Shown here one piece after another: positions 7,538 through 16,749 of a stretch of DNA of 64,000 bases. A program made the translations under genes and the position numbers. The stretch covers positions 1 to 64,000 of the forward strand of contig NZ_FWXS01000009.1 in assembly GCF_900176425.1 (NCBI RefSeq). Direction: 5' to 3'. The notes beneath the pieces are model-generated. The model did no database searches. It was not told where the DNA came from and saw only the letters and a list, made by a program, of their open reading frames with translations. Numbering within the stretch: the first letter of the stretch is position 1; each line of letters opens with the position of its first letter. This DNA is from Moheibacter sediminis (GTDB lineage: Bacteria > Bacteroidota > Bacteroidia > Flavobacteriales > Weeksellaceae).

Positions 7538-9667
7538 ATGAAGAAAATAATAATACTGTCCGCCTCGCTTTGCGGTATTTTGGCTTTTTCACAAACCAAA
7601 AAACTAACGATGGAAGAAGCCATTCTTGGGCTTGGAGCCAATCTTAGAATTGAAAGTCTTTCACAGCTGCAATGGATTCCCAATCAGAATTCATTTACTG
7701 AAAGCGTAAAAACAAATTATGGCGGTGCACTTGTTGTAAGGCAGGTTCCTGACATGAAAACCGACACTTTGGTTCGTTCCAAAGATTTTTCTGAATTCAA
7801 CCTGAAAGTTGTTCCTATGTTGAATTGGATTGATGAAAATCAAGCTTGGTTCAAACAAGGAAATGAATATATTTTGTGGAACAAAGCCACCAAAAAATCT
7901 GAAAAACTTTACACAACGCCCGTTGCAGCAGAAGTTGATGAATTTGAAACCAACACAAAATCCGTTGCTTATGTGGTAGATAACAATTTGTTTTTGATTG
8001 ATTCAAATAAAAATACACATCAAATTACCCAAGATGGAAGCTATGAAGTCGTAAACGGAAAATCCGTTCACAGAGAGGAATTCGGAATCCACAAAGGAAC
8101 TTTCTTTTCTCCAAAAGGAAATTATTTGGCATTTTACAGAATGGATCAATCGATGGTAGAAGATTATCCTATTATTGACTGGAGCACAACGCCTGCAGTA
8201 AACAAAAATATCAAATATCCTTTTGCAGGAAGAGCTTCGCATCAGGTTACATTAGGAATATTTAATCCGAAAACAAACAAAACGGTATTTTTACAAACGG
8301 GCGAACCGAAAGATCAATATCTCACTTCGATAACCTGGAATCCGGATGAAAAATCGATTTATGTTGGAATTTTGAACCGCGAACAAAATCATTTGAAATT
8401 AAATCAATACGATGCACAAACCGGAAAATTAATCAAAACTTTATTTGAAGAAACACACGATAAATACGTAGAACCTCAAAATGAACTGTATTTCCTTCCA
8501 AATGGAAAAGAATTTGTTTGGTGGAGCCAGCGCGATGGTTTCATGCATTTGTACCGTTATGATTTGAATGGAAAACTAATCAATCAAATTACGAAAGGAG
8601 ATTGGATTGTGAACGAAATCGCAGGTAAAAACGAAAAGCAAAAACAATTGCTCATCACTGCGACCAAAGATGGCGCGATGGAAAAACATTTGTATGCGGT
8701 GAATTGGGAAAATGGGAAAATAGAAAGAATTGATACGGAAAAAGGTTATCACAATTTCAATGTGAATTCTGCCGGAACTTATGCTTTGGACAATTGGTCA
8801 AATGAAACCATGCCGCGAAAAATAGACGTGATTTCAACCGATAAAAAATTCACTAAAAATCTTTTGACTGCGAAAAATTCATTGGCTGAATACCAAATGC
8901 CAAAAGTGGAAAATGTCACTTTGAAAGCCGATGACGGAACGGATTTGTATGGAAAATTGATTTATCCGACAGATTTTAATTCATCCAAAAAATATCCGGT
9001 AATCGTGTATTTGTACAATGGACCGCATGCACAAATGAACCAAAACCGTTTCCCTGCGAGCGGAAATCTTTGGTACGACTACATGGCGCAGAATGGTTAT
9101 GTGGTTTTTGTGATGGATGGTCGCGGAAGCAGCAATCGCGGACTGGCTTTTGAGCAGGCGATTTACAGAAAATCAGGACAAATCGAAATGTCCGATCAGA
9201 TGAAAGGAGTTGAATTCCTGAAATCAAAATCTTTTGTAGATGGCGAACGAATGGGAATTCACGGATGGAGTTATGGTGGGTTTATGACTACTTCGTTTAT
9301 GCTTCACAAACCTGATGTGTTCAAAGTAGGTGTTGCGGGCGGACCGGTGATGGACTGGAGTTTGTATGAAGCTATGTACACCGAACGTTACATGGACACA
9401 CCGCAAACAAACCCAGAAGGATTTGCGCAAAGCAAATTGCTTGACAAAACGAAAAACTTGCAAGGAAAACTTTTATTGATTCACGGAACTGATGACAATG
9501 TGGTAGTTTGGCAACATTCTATCGATTTCCTTCGAAATGCGGTAAGGAATGGTGTTCAGATAGATTATTTCGTTTATCCGGGTTATGAGCACAATGTACG
9601 CGGGAAAGACAGAGTGCATCTGATGCAGAAAATCAGTGATTATTTTGATTTGTATTTGAAGAAATAA
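7538..9667 (+). CDS. S9B family peptidase, dipeptidyl-peptidase IV-like
   Basis: Signal peptide. The C-terminal alpha/beta hydrolase domain has the catalytic Ser motif GWSYGG, then HGTDDNVV and YPGYEHNV (Ser-Asp-His triad context). Confidence 0.85.
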   Translation: MKKIIILSASLCGILAFSQTKKLTMEEAILGLGANLRIESLSQLQWIPNQNSFTESVKTNYGGALVVRQVPDMKTDTLVRSKDFSEFNLKVVPMLNWIDENQAWFKQGNEYILWNKATKKSEKLYTTPVAAEVDEFETNTKSVAYVVDNNLFLIDSNKNTHQITQDGSYEVVNGKSVHREEFGIHKGTFFSPKGNYLAFYRMDQSMVEDYPIIDWSTTPAVNKNIKYPFAGRASHQVTLGIFNPKTNKTVFLQTGEPKDQYLTSITWNPDEKSIYVGILNREQNHLKLNQYDAQTGKLIKTLFEETHDKYVEPQNELYFLPNGKEFVWWSQRDGFMHLYRYDLNGKLINQITKGDWIVNEIAGKNEKQKQLLITATKDGAMEKHLYAVNWENGKIERIDTEKGYHNFNVNSAGTYALDNWSNETMPRKIDVISTDKKFTKNLLTAKNSLAEYQMPKVENVTLKADDGTDLYGKLIYPTDFNSSKKYPVIVYLYNGPHAQMNQNRFPASGNLWYDYMAQNGYVVFVMDGRGSSNRGLAFEQAIYRKSGQIEMSDQMKGVEFLKSKSFVDGERMGIHGWSYGGFMTTSFMLHKPDVFKVGVAGGPVMDWSLYEAMYTERYMDTPQTNPEGFAQSKLLDKTKNLQGKLLLIHGTDDNVVVWQHSIDFLRNAVRNGVQIDYFVYPGYEHNVRGKDRVHLMQKISDYFDLYLKK

Positions 9668-9691
9668 TCAATGAATTTATAAGTTGGAGGC

Positions 9692-9729
9692 CTCATGGAT
9701 TCAAAATCCATGAGGCTTTTATTTTAATC
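9692..9729 (+). terminator. Rho-independent terminator after the DPP-IV gene
   Basis: gcctcatggattcaaaatccatgaggc hairpin followed by TTTTATTTT. Confidence 0.7.
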
Positions 9730-9804
9730 ATTAAGAAAGATAAATAAACAAAAAAGGCTTCCCGAAAAGGAAGCCTTTATACCAATAAATATGATAGAAA
9801 TTAA

Positions 9805-9996
9805 TTAAATCACTGTAACATTTACTGCGTTAAGGCCTTTTTTGCCTCTTTCCAAGTCATAAGAAACTTTGTCGTTTTCACGAACATTGCTTCTCAATCC
9901 TGAAACGTGTACAAATACATCATCACCTCCGTCTTCTGGGGTAATGAATCCGAAACCTTTGGTTTCATTGAAGAATTTTACGACTCCTTTATTCAT
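9805..9996 (-). CDS. cspA: Cold-shock protein, CspA family
   Basis: [34 protein letters not shown] matches the RNP1/RNP2 motifs of the CSD. The true start is the internal ATG (the track ORF begins 8 codons upstream). Confidence 0.9.
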   Translation of the reverse strand: MNKGVVKFFNETKGFGFITPEDGGDDVFVHVSGLRSNVRENDKVSYDLERGKKGLNAVNVTVI

Positions 9997-10070
9997 TATT
10001 TTAATAATTAAGTGGGGCAAATGTACGGCTAATTAATGGATATAGCTCTATCCATTAATTATTTATGAAA

Positions 10071-11243
10071 TTACTTTATGTGTTCGATAAGGAAATGAAA
10101 ATCATTTTTCAATGCGGGAAGGCTTTTCCAATCAAGCAATTGCGCTTTAAATTGAAGGCTGTCTTTTCTGAAATTTAATTTTAAAATCGAGTTGTTTTGA
10201 TTAAATTGGTAATCGATTGCAAATTCGTTTTGGTGATAATCTTTCGCTATAATTTGTTTTTTATGAGCTTGAATCTCGTAATAAAAGTCACGCATTTCAT
10301 CATTGGTTTTCTGAAGAATTATGAAATTGTCTTTGTGAAAGAAAATTCTTTTGTAAGGAAAATCAGAAAGAGAAAGAGTATCATTCTTATAAATGGTTTC
10401 CGTAATTTCATAAGCACCCTGGAAGGAAGCTCTTTGATTTAATTCTTTTGAAATCACATATGGATAAAAGATTTGAACCAGAAAAATCCCAATCAGAAAA
10501 AGCTGAATCCATTGGTTGGCAAATGAATTTTTTACAAAGATAATTTCAGGATTTTTGAGTAATTCCGATTTTTCCGAAAAAAAAATATTTTTCAACGGTT
10601 TCAAATAAGGAGACAAAAGGAAAATATTTGTTGCTAAAAGAAATGCAGAAAATGATTTCACCGAAATATCGAAACTGAAATTAATGACCAGAATTTGAAT
10701 CAGAACAAAAACCGAAATTAACAATGCAATCAGTCTTGTTCTTCTGAAAAACAATAAGATTCCAGTCAAAACTTCCACAATTCCCGTGATGATACAATAA
10801 GTTCTGGAAAGTCCTGTGACGCTCCAAAACAAAATATCTTTGTCCAAATTTCCGAAATTGGAGTAGAGAATGTTTGGTTCGGGTGTGTAAAATTGCGTTC
10901 CCATCATTTTTTCGATTCCATATTTCAGCAAAATGAAAATCAAGTAAAATATAAGAATGCTTCTCGCCAATGAAATATATTTCTGATTTTTAATAAACAC
11001 AGAAATCAAAATTGAAATTAGAAAAATTAAAATCAATAATAGGTTGAATTCCAGCGAATCAGATGAAATTTCAATTCTTTCCGTTGGGTTTATTACAAAT
11101 AAATTTAGAAGAAATCCAATCGGTTTCTGAAAGACAAAATGCGAAAACCGGTACTGAAAATCATTTGATAGAGTGTTGAGCGGAATGAATATAATTCCTA
11201 AAAGAAAAAATGATGCAAAGATTTTTTCTGCTTGAAATTTCAT
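10071..11243 (-). CDS. Polytopic membrane protein (DoxX-like N-terminal region?) with a soluble C-terminal extension
   Basis: Multiple TM helices; weak DoxX-like pattern (TGIVEVLTGILLFF). Low specificity. Confidence 0.3.
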   Translation of the reverse strand: MKFQAEKIFASFFLLGIIFIPLNTLSNDFQYRFSHFVFQKPIGFLLNLFVINPTERIEISSDSLEFNLLLILIFLISILISVFIKNQKYISLARSILIFYLIFILLKYGIEKMMGTQFYTPEPNILYSNFGNLDKDILFWSVTGLSRTYCIITGIVEVLTGILLFFRRTRLIALLISVFVLIQILVINFSFDISVKSFSAFLLATNIFLLSPYLKPLKNIFFSEKSELLKNPEIIFVKNSFANQWIQLFLIGIFLVQIFYPYVISKELNQRASFQGAYEITETIYKNDTLSLSDFPYKRIFFHKDNFIILQKTNDEMRDFYYEIQAHKKQIIAKDYHQNEFAIDYQFNQNNSILKLNFRKDSLQFKAQLLDWKSLPALKNDFHFLIEHIK

Positions 11244-11863
11244 TCTGAAAGACGAAAATTTCCTGAAAATCTATAAACCACCCAAGTCACCAAAAACGAA
11301 AATAACCCCATGCCTAAAATCATCAAACCTTTGTTAGGTGTCTCATTGTTTTGCAGGCCAACAGGAATTATGGATTTTTCTTTTTTCTTTTCTCGTTTTC
11401 TTTTCTGCTTGGCTTCTTTTTTATAGAGCTTTGTATGATTGTCATAGCCCACAAAAACAATGCTGTCTATATTGTAAATGGTGGGCGTTTTTTTCATTTC
11501 GGATTTGATGCTGTCAAGTGAATGTTTTTTGGAAAATAATTCATCATTTTTCAACGTATCTTTTTTTGTACGCCAAACATGACCATTTTCAAACCTCTCA
11601 GAGGAGATTGTGACCACTTTTTCTTCTGAAATATAAATAACCGAATCCAAAGAAGGAATGGTTGTAGGCAATCCTAAATTTGACTCACTGATGTTGAATA
11701 AATTCCCCTTTAATGCAAGCGCGAAATTAGCATCAGATCCGCTGTGGCTTTTGTGAGAGATCAGTTTCGTTTGTGCAGAAATGACCGAAAGAGAGAAAAT
11801 TGCTGCAAGGATAAATAAAATTGTTTTCATAGTTGAAACGAAGGTAAAAAAAATACGGCTCAA
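11240..11863 (-). CDS. Secreted or membrane-anchored hypothetical protein
   Basis: Internal start MKTILFILAAIFSLSVISAQ is a signal peptide. A C-terminal hydrophobic helix and a Lys-rich stretch are present. Confidence 0.4.
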   Translation of the reverse strand: MSRIFFTFVSTMKTILFILAAIFSLSVISAQTKLISHKSHSGSDANFALALKGNLFNISESNLGLPTTIPSLDSVIYISEEKVVTISSERFENGHVWRTKKDTLKNDELFSKKHSLDSIKSEMKKTPTIYNIDSIVFVGYDNHTKLYKKEAKQKRKREKKKEKSIIPVGLQNNETPNKGLMILGMGLFSFLVTWVVYRFSGNFRLSE

Positions 11864-11902
11864 AAACTGAGCCGTATTGTCCTTTAACTATTTAATTCTT
11901 AT

Positions 11903-13942
11903 TTATTGGAAATCAGCGTCGGAAACTCCTTCATTGATTTTCACTTCTTTTGCAGTAAATACCATTTCCATACCTACGTTCATGGTAATTTTGTGTGGAA
12001 ATTTCACTCCGCTCACTTCTTTGTAATCGTCAAAAGTGAAAGTCTGAACCATCGATTGTCCCTGTGCTTCTACAGTTTGAGATTCACCCAATTTCAGTCC
12101 TGAAGTTACATCATAGAAATGTTTTTTCTTCCCATCAACTAAAACATAAGCATCTTTTCCACTGAAATTTTCAATTCCACCTAATTTGATTCCTGGTTTA
12201 TTTGCCAAAGTCAACTCTGGAAAAGGTTGCGCATAATATTGGTTATTAGCGATTTCTTCCGCATCCATTTCTTTCTTTTGTCCCTGTGCGCTTTCATAAC
12301 CTGTTTTTCCGTTGAAAACTGATTTTGAAAGTTCCATCCCCATTCCTGTAACCAAGTTCAACATTTTTCCGTCTGCAGAATTGATCGTTTTTACATTCAA
12401 TTTCATTCCCTGAACTTCACCTTCGGAATTCATCAAAACCGTTTTTACAGCTTTTGTTTTCTCACCACCTACTGCAGCGATGTATTTATCTAAAACTGAT
12501 TTTACAGTAACGTTTGCATCCACTTTTTTAGCTTCAGGTTTTGCGGTTTTGTTACCAAAACGATCAAAATAATTGATGGTATAAGGTAATTTTTCTAATC
12601 CAGCCAAAATTTCACTTGCTTTTCCAACCACCAAAATGCGGGCATTTTCGGCAGAAAAATATTTCTGTGCAGCTTTCATCACATCGTCAGCAGTAACGGC
12701 ATTGATTCCTTGAATGTAGTTCTGATAGAAATCAGCAGGAAGTCCTTGCGTTTGCGTCAACAAAGCCTGACGTGCAATCATTTCCGGTTTTTCAGCATCC
12801 ATCACAAAGTTTCCGATGAAAGTTGCTTTTACGGTAGCCAAAGCTTCCGGCGTAACTTTTTCCGTACGGATTCTCTTCAATTCTTTCATGGTTTCAACCA
12901 CTGCACTATCGGTAACTTCATTTCTAACTTGTGAGTTGGCTTTGAATTTCCCAACATATTTGTTTCCTCTGATGCTTGTACGCGCACCGTAAGTCCAGCC
13001 GTGTGCTTCACGCAAATTCATGTTGAGATAACTGTTGAAATCTCCTCCGAAAATCTGGTTTGCAACCAAAGCTGCAAAATAATCTTTGTCTGTCATTTTC
13101 AAGTTAACTGAACTCAAAACAGCAATTTCAGATTGAACTGCATTTGGCATATCAACAAAATTGATTTCCGTTTTGGCAACATTTTTAGGCGCATCAAACT
13201 TAGTGGTAGGAAGCGTTCCTTTTTTCCAAGAAGAGAAATTTTTCTCAACCAATTTTTTTACTTCATCAAATTTAACATCACCCAAAACCACTAAATAAGC
13301 GTTGTTTGGAATGAAATAATTTTTATAATGCGTTTTGATGTCGTTTAAATTCAAACCTTTCAATTTATCTTCAGAAACAAATTCACCATAAGGATGATTT
13401 GCACCGAAAACCAAAACGTTTTCCACACGTTGTGCGTTTGAGGTCACACTTTTTTCTTCTGTTTTTAAGCCATCGATGTAACGTGCGATTTCTTTGTCGA
13501 AATCACCTTGCGTAAACAAAGGGTCGATTGCGCCTTGTGCCATCAATTCCAAAACTCTTGGGAAATATCTTGACAATGTACCGGCAGAAGCTCCTGAAGC
13601 ACTGAAGTCAACGTTTGCTCCCATGAAATCAACTTCTTCCTGGAAAGCATCTTTTGTGATTTTGCTGGTACCGTTTCCTAATAAACCTCCCATCATGTCA
13701 TCAATTCCTTTTTTGTTTCCTTCAGAAAAAGGAGGATTGTCAATGCTCAAAGTCATCGTTACACGTGGCAATTTGTGGTTTTCAACGACCATTACTTTCA
13801 ATCCATTGGAAAGTTCAAATGACTGCGGCTTGCCAATGTTGACTTTTGGAGCCGGTCCCGGCTTGGGCTGAGACCTGTCTGTCTGAGCTTGTGCTCCTGC
13901 AGATAATAACACCATAATAAGTATATATGCTAATTTTTTCAT
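11903..13942 (-). CDS. M16 family peptidase, non-catalytic/partner subunit (pitrilysin-like, no HxxEH motif)
   Basis: Signal peptide. A long M16-like two-domain protein lacking the zinc motif, immediately downstream of an HxxEH-containing M16 gene. This pairing is typical. Confidence 0.65.
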   Translation of the reverse strand: MKKLAYILIMVLLSAGAQAQTDRSQPKPGPAPKVNIGKPQSFELSNGLKVMVVENHKLPRVTMTLSIDNPPFSEGNKKGIDDMMGGLLGNGTSKITKDAFQEEVDFMGANVDFSASGASAGTLSRYFPRVLELMAQGAIDPLFTQGDFDKEIARYIDGLKTEEKSVTSNAQRVENVLVFGANHPYGEFVSEDKLKGLNLNDIKTHYKNYFIPNNAYLVVLGDVKFDEVKKLVEKNFSSWKKGTLPTTKFDAPKNVAKTEINFVDMPNAVQSEIAVLSSVNLKMTDKDYFAALVANQIFGGDFNSYLNMNLREAHGWTYGARTSIRGNKYVGKFKANSQVRNEVTDSAVVETMKELKRIRTEKVTPEALATVKATFIGNFVMDAEKPEMIARQALLTQTQGLPADFYQNYIQGINAVTADDVMKAAQKYFSAENARILVVGKASEILAGLEKLPYTINYFDRFGNKTAKPEAKKVDANVTVKSVLDKYIAAVGGEKTKAVKTVLMNSEGEVQGMKLNVKTINSADGKMLNLVTGMGMELSKSVFNGKTGYESAQGQKKEMDAEEIANNQYYAQPFPELTLANKPGIKLGGIENFSGKDAYVLVDGKKKHFYDVTSGLKLGESQTVEAQGQSMVQTFTFDDYKEVSGVKFPHKITMNVGMEMVFTAKEVKINEGVSDADFQ

Positions 13943-13953
13943 CTTTCTAATTC

Positions 13954-15288
13954 TTATTTAGTTGAAGTTTTCTCCGGTTCGTATTGCAACACCAATCTTT
14001 GGTTGTCATTGAGGTACTTTTTAGCAGCATCTCTGATTTCCTCTCTCGTAATTGAACGGTAAATATCAATTTCAGTATTGATAAGGTTTACATCACCATA
14101 TAACTGATAATAAGTTGCCAAACTGTGCGCAACACCTTCTACGTTTGAATTTGCGTTTACAAATTGATTTTCGAACTGGTTCAATAATTTCTGGTATTCT
14201 CTTTCAGAAATTAAATCTGTCTGCAATCTTTTGATTTCTGAAGAAATTCCATCAACCAAATCCTGAGTCGGCGTTTCTCCTACAGGAAGTGCATAAATCA
14301 AATACGTTCCGTAGTCTTCCTGACTGAAATTCAAGGCAGCAACTTCCAATGCTTTTTTCTCTGTATCAACTAATTTTTTGTACAATCTTGAACTTTTTCC
14401 TCCACTTAAAATTGAAGAAATCATATCTAAAACTCTTGCTTCTCTCGTTTTCATCGAAGGTGTTCTGTAAGCAGTGATCACCATCGGAATCTGAACGTTC
14501 GGATCCTCCCAGCTTGCGTGGATTTCTTTTGTGATAGGCGCTTCTTCGTATTGTTTTTTTACAACAGGAGCTCCTTTTTTTACTTCAGAGAAATATTCAG
14601 CAATCCATTTTTTTGCCTGGTCTGTTTGGAAATCTCCCGCAACAACCAAAACGGCATTGTTTGGAACGTAGAATTTGTCAAAGAAAGCCAAGAATTCATC
14701 CAATTTTGCAGCATCTAAATGTTCCATTTCACCAATGGTTGTCCAACGGTAAGGGTGGTTTTTGAACATATTTTGTTTTACAGCTTTCAAGATGTTTCCA
14801 TAAGGTTGATTGTCAATCCTCAAACGTTTTTCTTCTTTAACTACTTCATTTTGAGTATCTACACCAATTTGGTTGATGATTGGGTGAAGCATACGTTCTG
14901 ATTCCATCCAAAGGCCTGTCTGAAGGTTGTTTGAAGGGAAGACTTCGTAGTAATAAGTTCTGTCGTCAGAAGTATTGGCATTGTTTTTTCCACCGTTGGA
15001 AGAAACGATTTTGAACCATTCTCCTCTGTCGATATTTTTAGTTCCTTCGAACAATAAATGCTCAAAGAAGTGCGCAAATCCGGTTCTATCCGGTTGTTCA
15101 TCTTTTGCGCCTACATGGTACATTACCGACGTAACTACCACTGGAGCAGTATGATCCTGATGAAGGATTACATGAAGTCCGTTAGGCAAATCATACTCTT
15201 CAAATTTGATTTCCTGAGCGTGGGAGCTCCCTCCTACGATCCCCATGAAAGCAAATGCAAGACTAATTTTTTTCATATTTTTTCGCAT
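13954..15288 (-). CDS. M16 family zinc peptidase (insulinase/pitrilysin-like), catalytic subunit
   Basis: HFFEHLLFEG is the inverzincin HxxEH motif, with a downstream Glu. Signal peptide. Confidence 0.8.
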   Translation of the reverse strand: MRKNMKKISLAFAFMGIVGGSSHAQEIKFEEYDLPNGLHVILHQDHTAPVVVTSVMYHVGAKDEQPDRTGFAHFFEHLLFEGTKNIDRGEWFKIVSSNGGKNNANTSDDRTYYYEVFPSNNLQTGLWMESERMLHPIINQIGVDTQNEVVKEEKRLRIDNQPYGNILKAVKQNMFKNHPYRWTTIGEMEHLDAAKLDEFLAFFDKFYVPNNAVLVVAGDFQTDQAKKWIAEYFSEVKKGAPVVKKQYEEAPITKEIHASWEDPNVQIPMVITAYRTPSMKTREARVLDMISSILSGGKSSRLYKKLVDTEKKALEVAALNFSQEDYGTYLIYALPVGETPTQDLVDGISSEIKRLQTDLISEREYQKLLNQFENQFVNANSNVEGVAHSLATYYQLYGDVNLINTEIDIYRSITREEIRDAAKKYLNDNQRLVLQYEPEKTSTK

Positions 15289-15375
15289 TTTTATAAAATG
15301 TTAGTCCACGAATTTAACGATTCGTTACAGAAACAAAGTATTTTTTTATAATGAGTTAACTCAGGGAAAATGATT

Positions 15376-15933
15376 TTACCACTTTAATTTAACCTCAAAC
15401 GTGAAAGCTCCTGCCCAAGGTTTTCCCGCCATCTGGCTTTCGGAAATGATGATTTTATGAATTCCTTTTTCTTTGATTGCATATTCCAATTCGCGCCCGA
15501 ATGGTCCATCAGAATTATTTTTGGAATCGATGATTTGGTTAATTCTGAGATTGGCAACGGTATCTTTTGGTGTAATTTTCAGGGACAATTTATTGGCAGT
15601 ATCCGAGTTTAAAACAAAAACAAAACGTTGTCCGGCAGTTTTTGCGGTATCGATTTTTGCTTTTCCATTTTGGATTTTAACTTGAATAGTATCAGTTGTG
15701 ATTTTAAATTTCGGTTGATTTTGAACAATCGTTTTTGTGCTGTCAGAAACAGATTTTTTGACTGATTTCGAATCTTTATATAGATTTTTAATACTGTCAC
15801 GTTCGATTTTAATTTGCACAGCGTAAGCTTTTTGATCAAATTCTGAAGGTTTCACAACAGGTGTTTTCGGCTCCAAATTGCAGCTCATTAAAATTAAACC
15901 TAAAAAACCAAAACTTAAAATCCGGGAAATCAC
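15376..15933 (-). CDS. Lipoprotein, hypothetical
   Basis: LGLILMSCNLEP lipobox. Confidence 0.4.
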   Translation of the reverse strand: MISRILSFGFLGLILMSCNLEPKTPVVKPSEFDQKAYAVQIKIERDSIKNLYKDSKSVKKSVSDSTKTIVQNQPKFKITTDTIQVKIQNGKAKIDTAKTAGQRFVFVLNSDTANKLSLKITPKDTVANLRINQIIDSKNNSDGPFGRELEYAIKEKGIHKIIISESQMAGKPWAGAFTFEVKLKW

Positions 15934-15981
15934 TTCAAAAATCTTTTGTGTAAATTTACATGAATTTCTTAATTGTGAGCA

Positions 15982-16746
15982 ATGTTGAATTATGAAGAAA
16001 AAGGCGAGGGGAGAGCGGTGGTGTTGTTACACGGCTATTTGGAAAACCTCAGAATGTGGAAATCGATTGGAAATGAATTGTCCAAAATTTATAAAGTTGT
16101 AAAAATTGATTTGCCCGGACATGGAAAATCTAAAACTTATGGGAAAATCCACACGATGGAATTCATGGCCGAGAAAGTGAACGCGGTTTTGGATGAATTA
16201 AAAATTGAAGATCCAATTTTAATCGGGCACTCTATGGGCGGATATGTTACTCTTGCTTTTACGGAATTATTTCCTAAAAAACTGAAAGGTTTCATTTTGT
16301 TGAATTCAACTTCTCTGCCGGATTCGGAAGAAAAGAAAGAACAAAGGCTAAAAGCGGTTGAAACGGCTCAAAGGAATTTTGATGCGTTGGTCAAAATGAG
16401 CATTCCGAATTTGTTTGCAGAAAAGAAAAGAGAATTTCTAAAAGAAGAAATGGAATTTGCCAAAGAATTGGCGCGCGAAACACCTATTGAAGGCGTAACG
16501 GCTGCGCTTTTAGGAATGAGAGAAAGACCCGACAGAACAAATGTTTTACTCAGTTTCAAAGGAGCAAAAGGTTTGGTCATGGGTAAATATGACCAAGCGG
16601 TCAATCCGGAAGAACTGAAAAAAATAATTCCTGAAGAATCAAATATACTTGTAACAGAACTAGAAGCTGCCCATATGGCGCATTTGGAAGTTCCGGAACA
16701 TACGTTGAATTTTTTATTTGATTTTTTGTCGGATGTTTGGGAGTAA
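15982..16746 (+). CDS. Alpha/beta-fold hydrolase
   Basis: GHSMGG nucleophile elbow; HGYLEN and GHGKS context. Confidence 0.7.
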   Translation: MLNYEEKGEGRAVVLLHGYLENLRMWKSIGNELSKIYKVVKIDLPGHGKSKTYGKIHTMEFMAEKVNAVLDELKIEDPILIGHSMGGYVTLAFTELFPKKLKGFILLNSTSLPDSEEKKEQRLKAVETAQRNFDALVKMSIPNLFAEKKREFLKEEMEFAKELARETPIEGVTAALLGMRERPDRTNVLLSFKGAKGLVMGKYDQAVNPEELKKIIPEESNILVTELEAAHMAHLEVPEHTLNFLFDFLSDVWE

Positions 16747-16749
16747 AAT

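Noticed and set aside
8003-9463. Antisense ORFs inside the DPP-IV gene (8003..8242, 8976..9227, 9224..9463) and similar antisense ORFs inside the M16, A2M-like, rpsA, cysS and folE genes
   Set aside because: Embedded opposite well-supported long CDSs with strong motifs; typical shadow ORFs.
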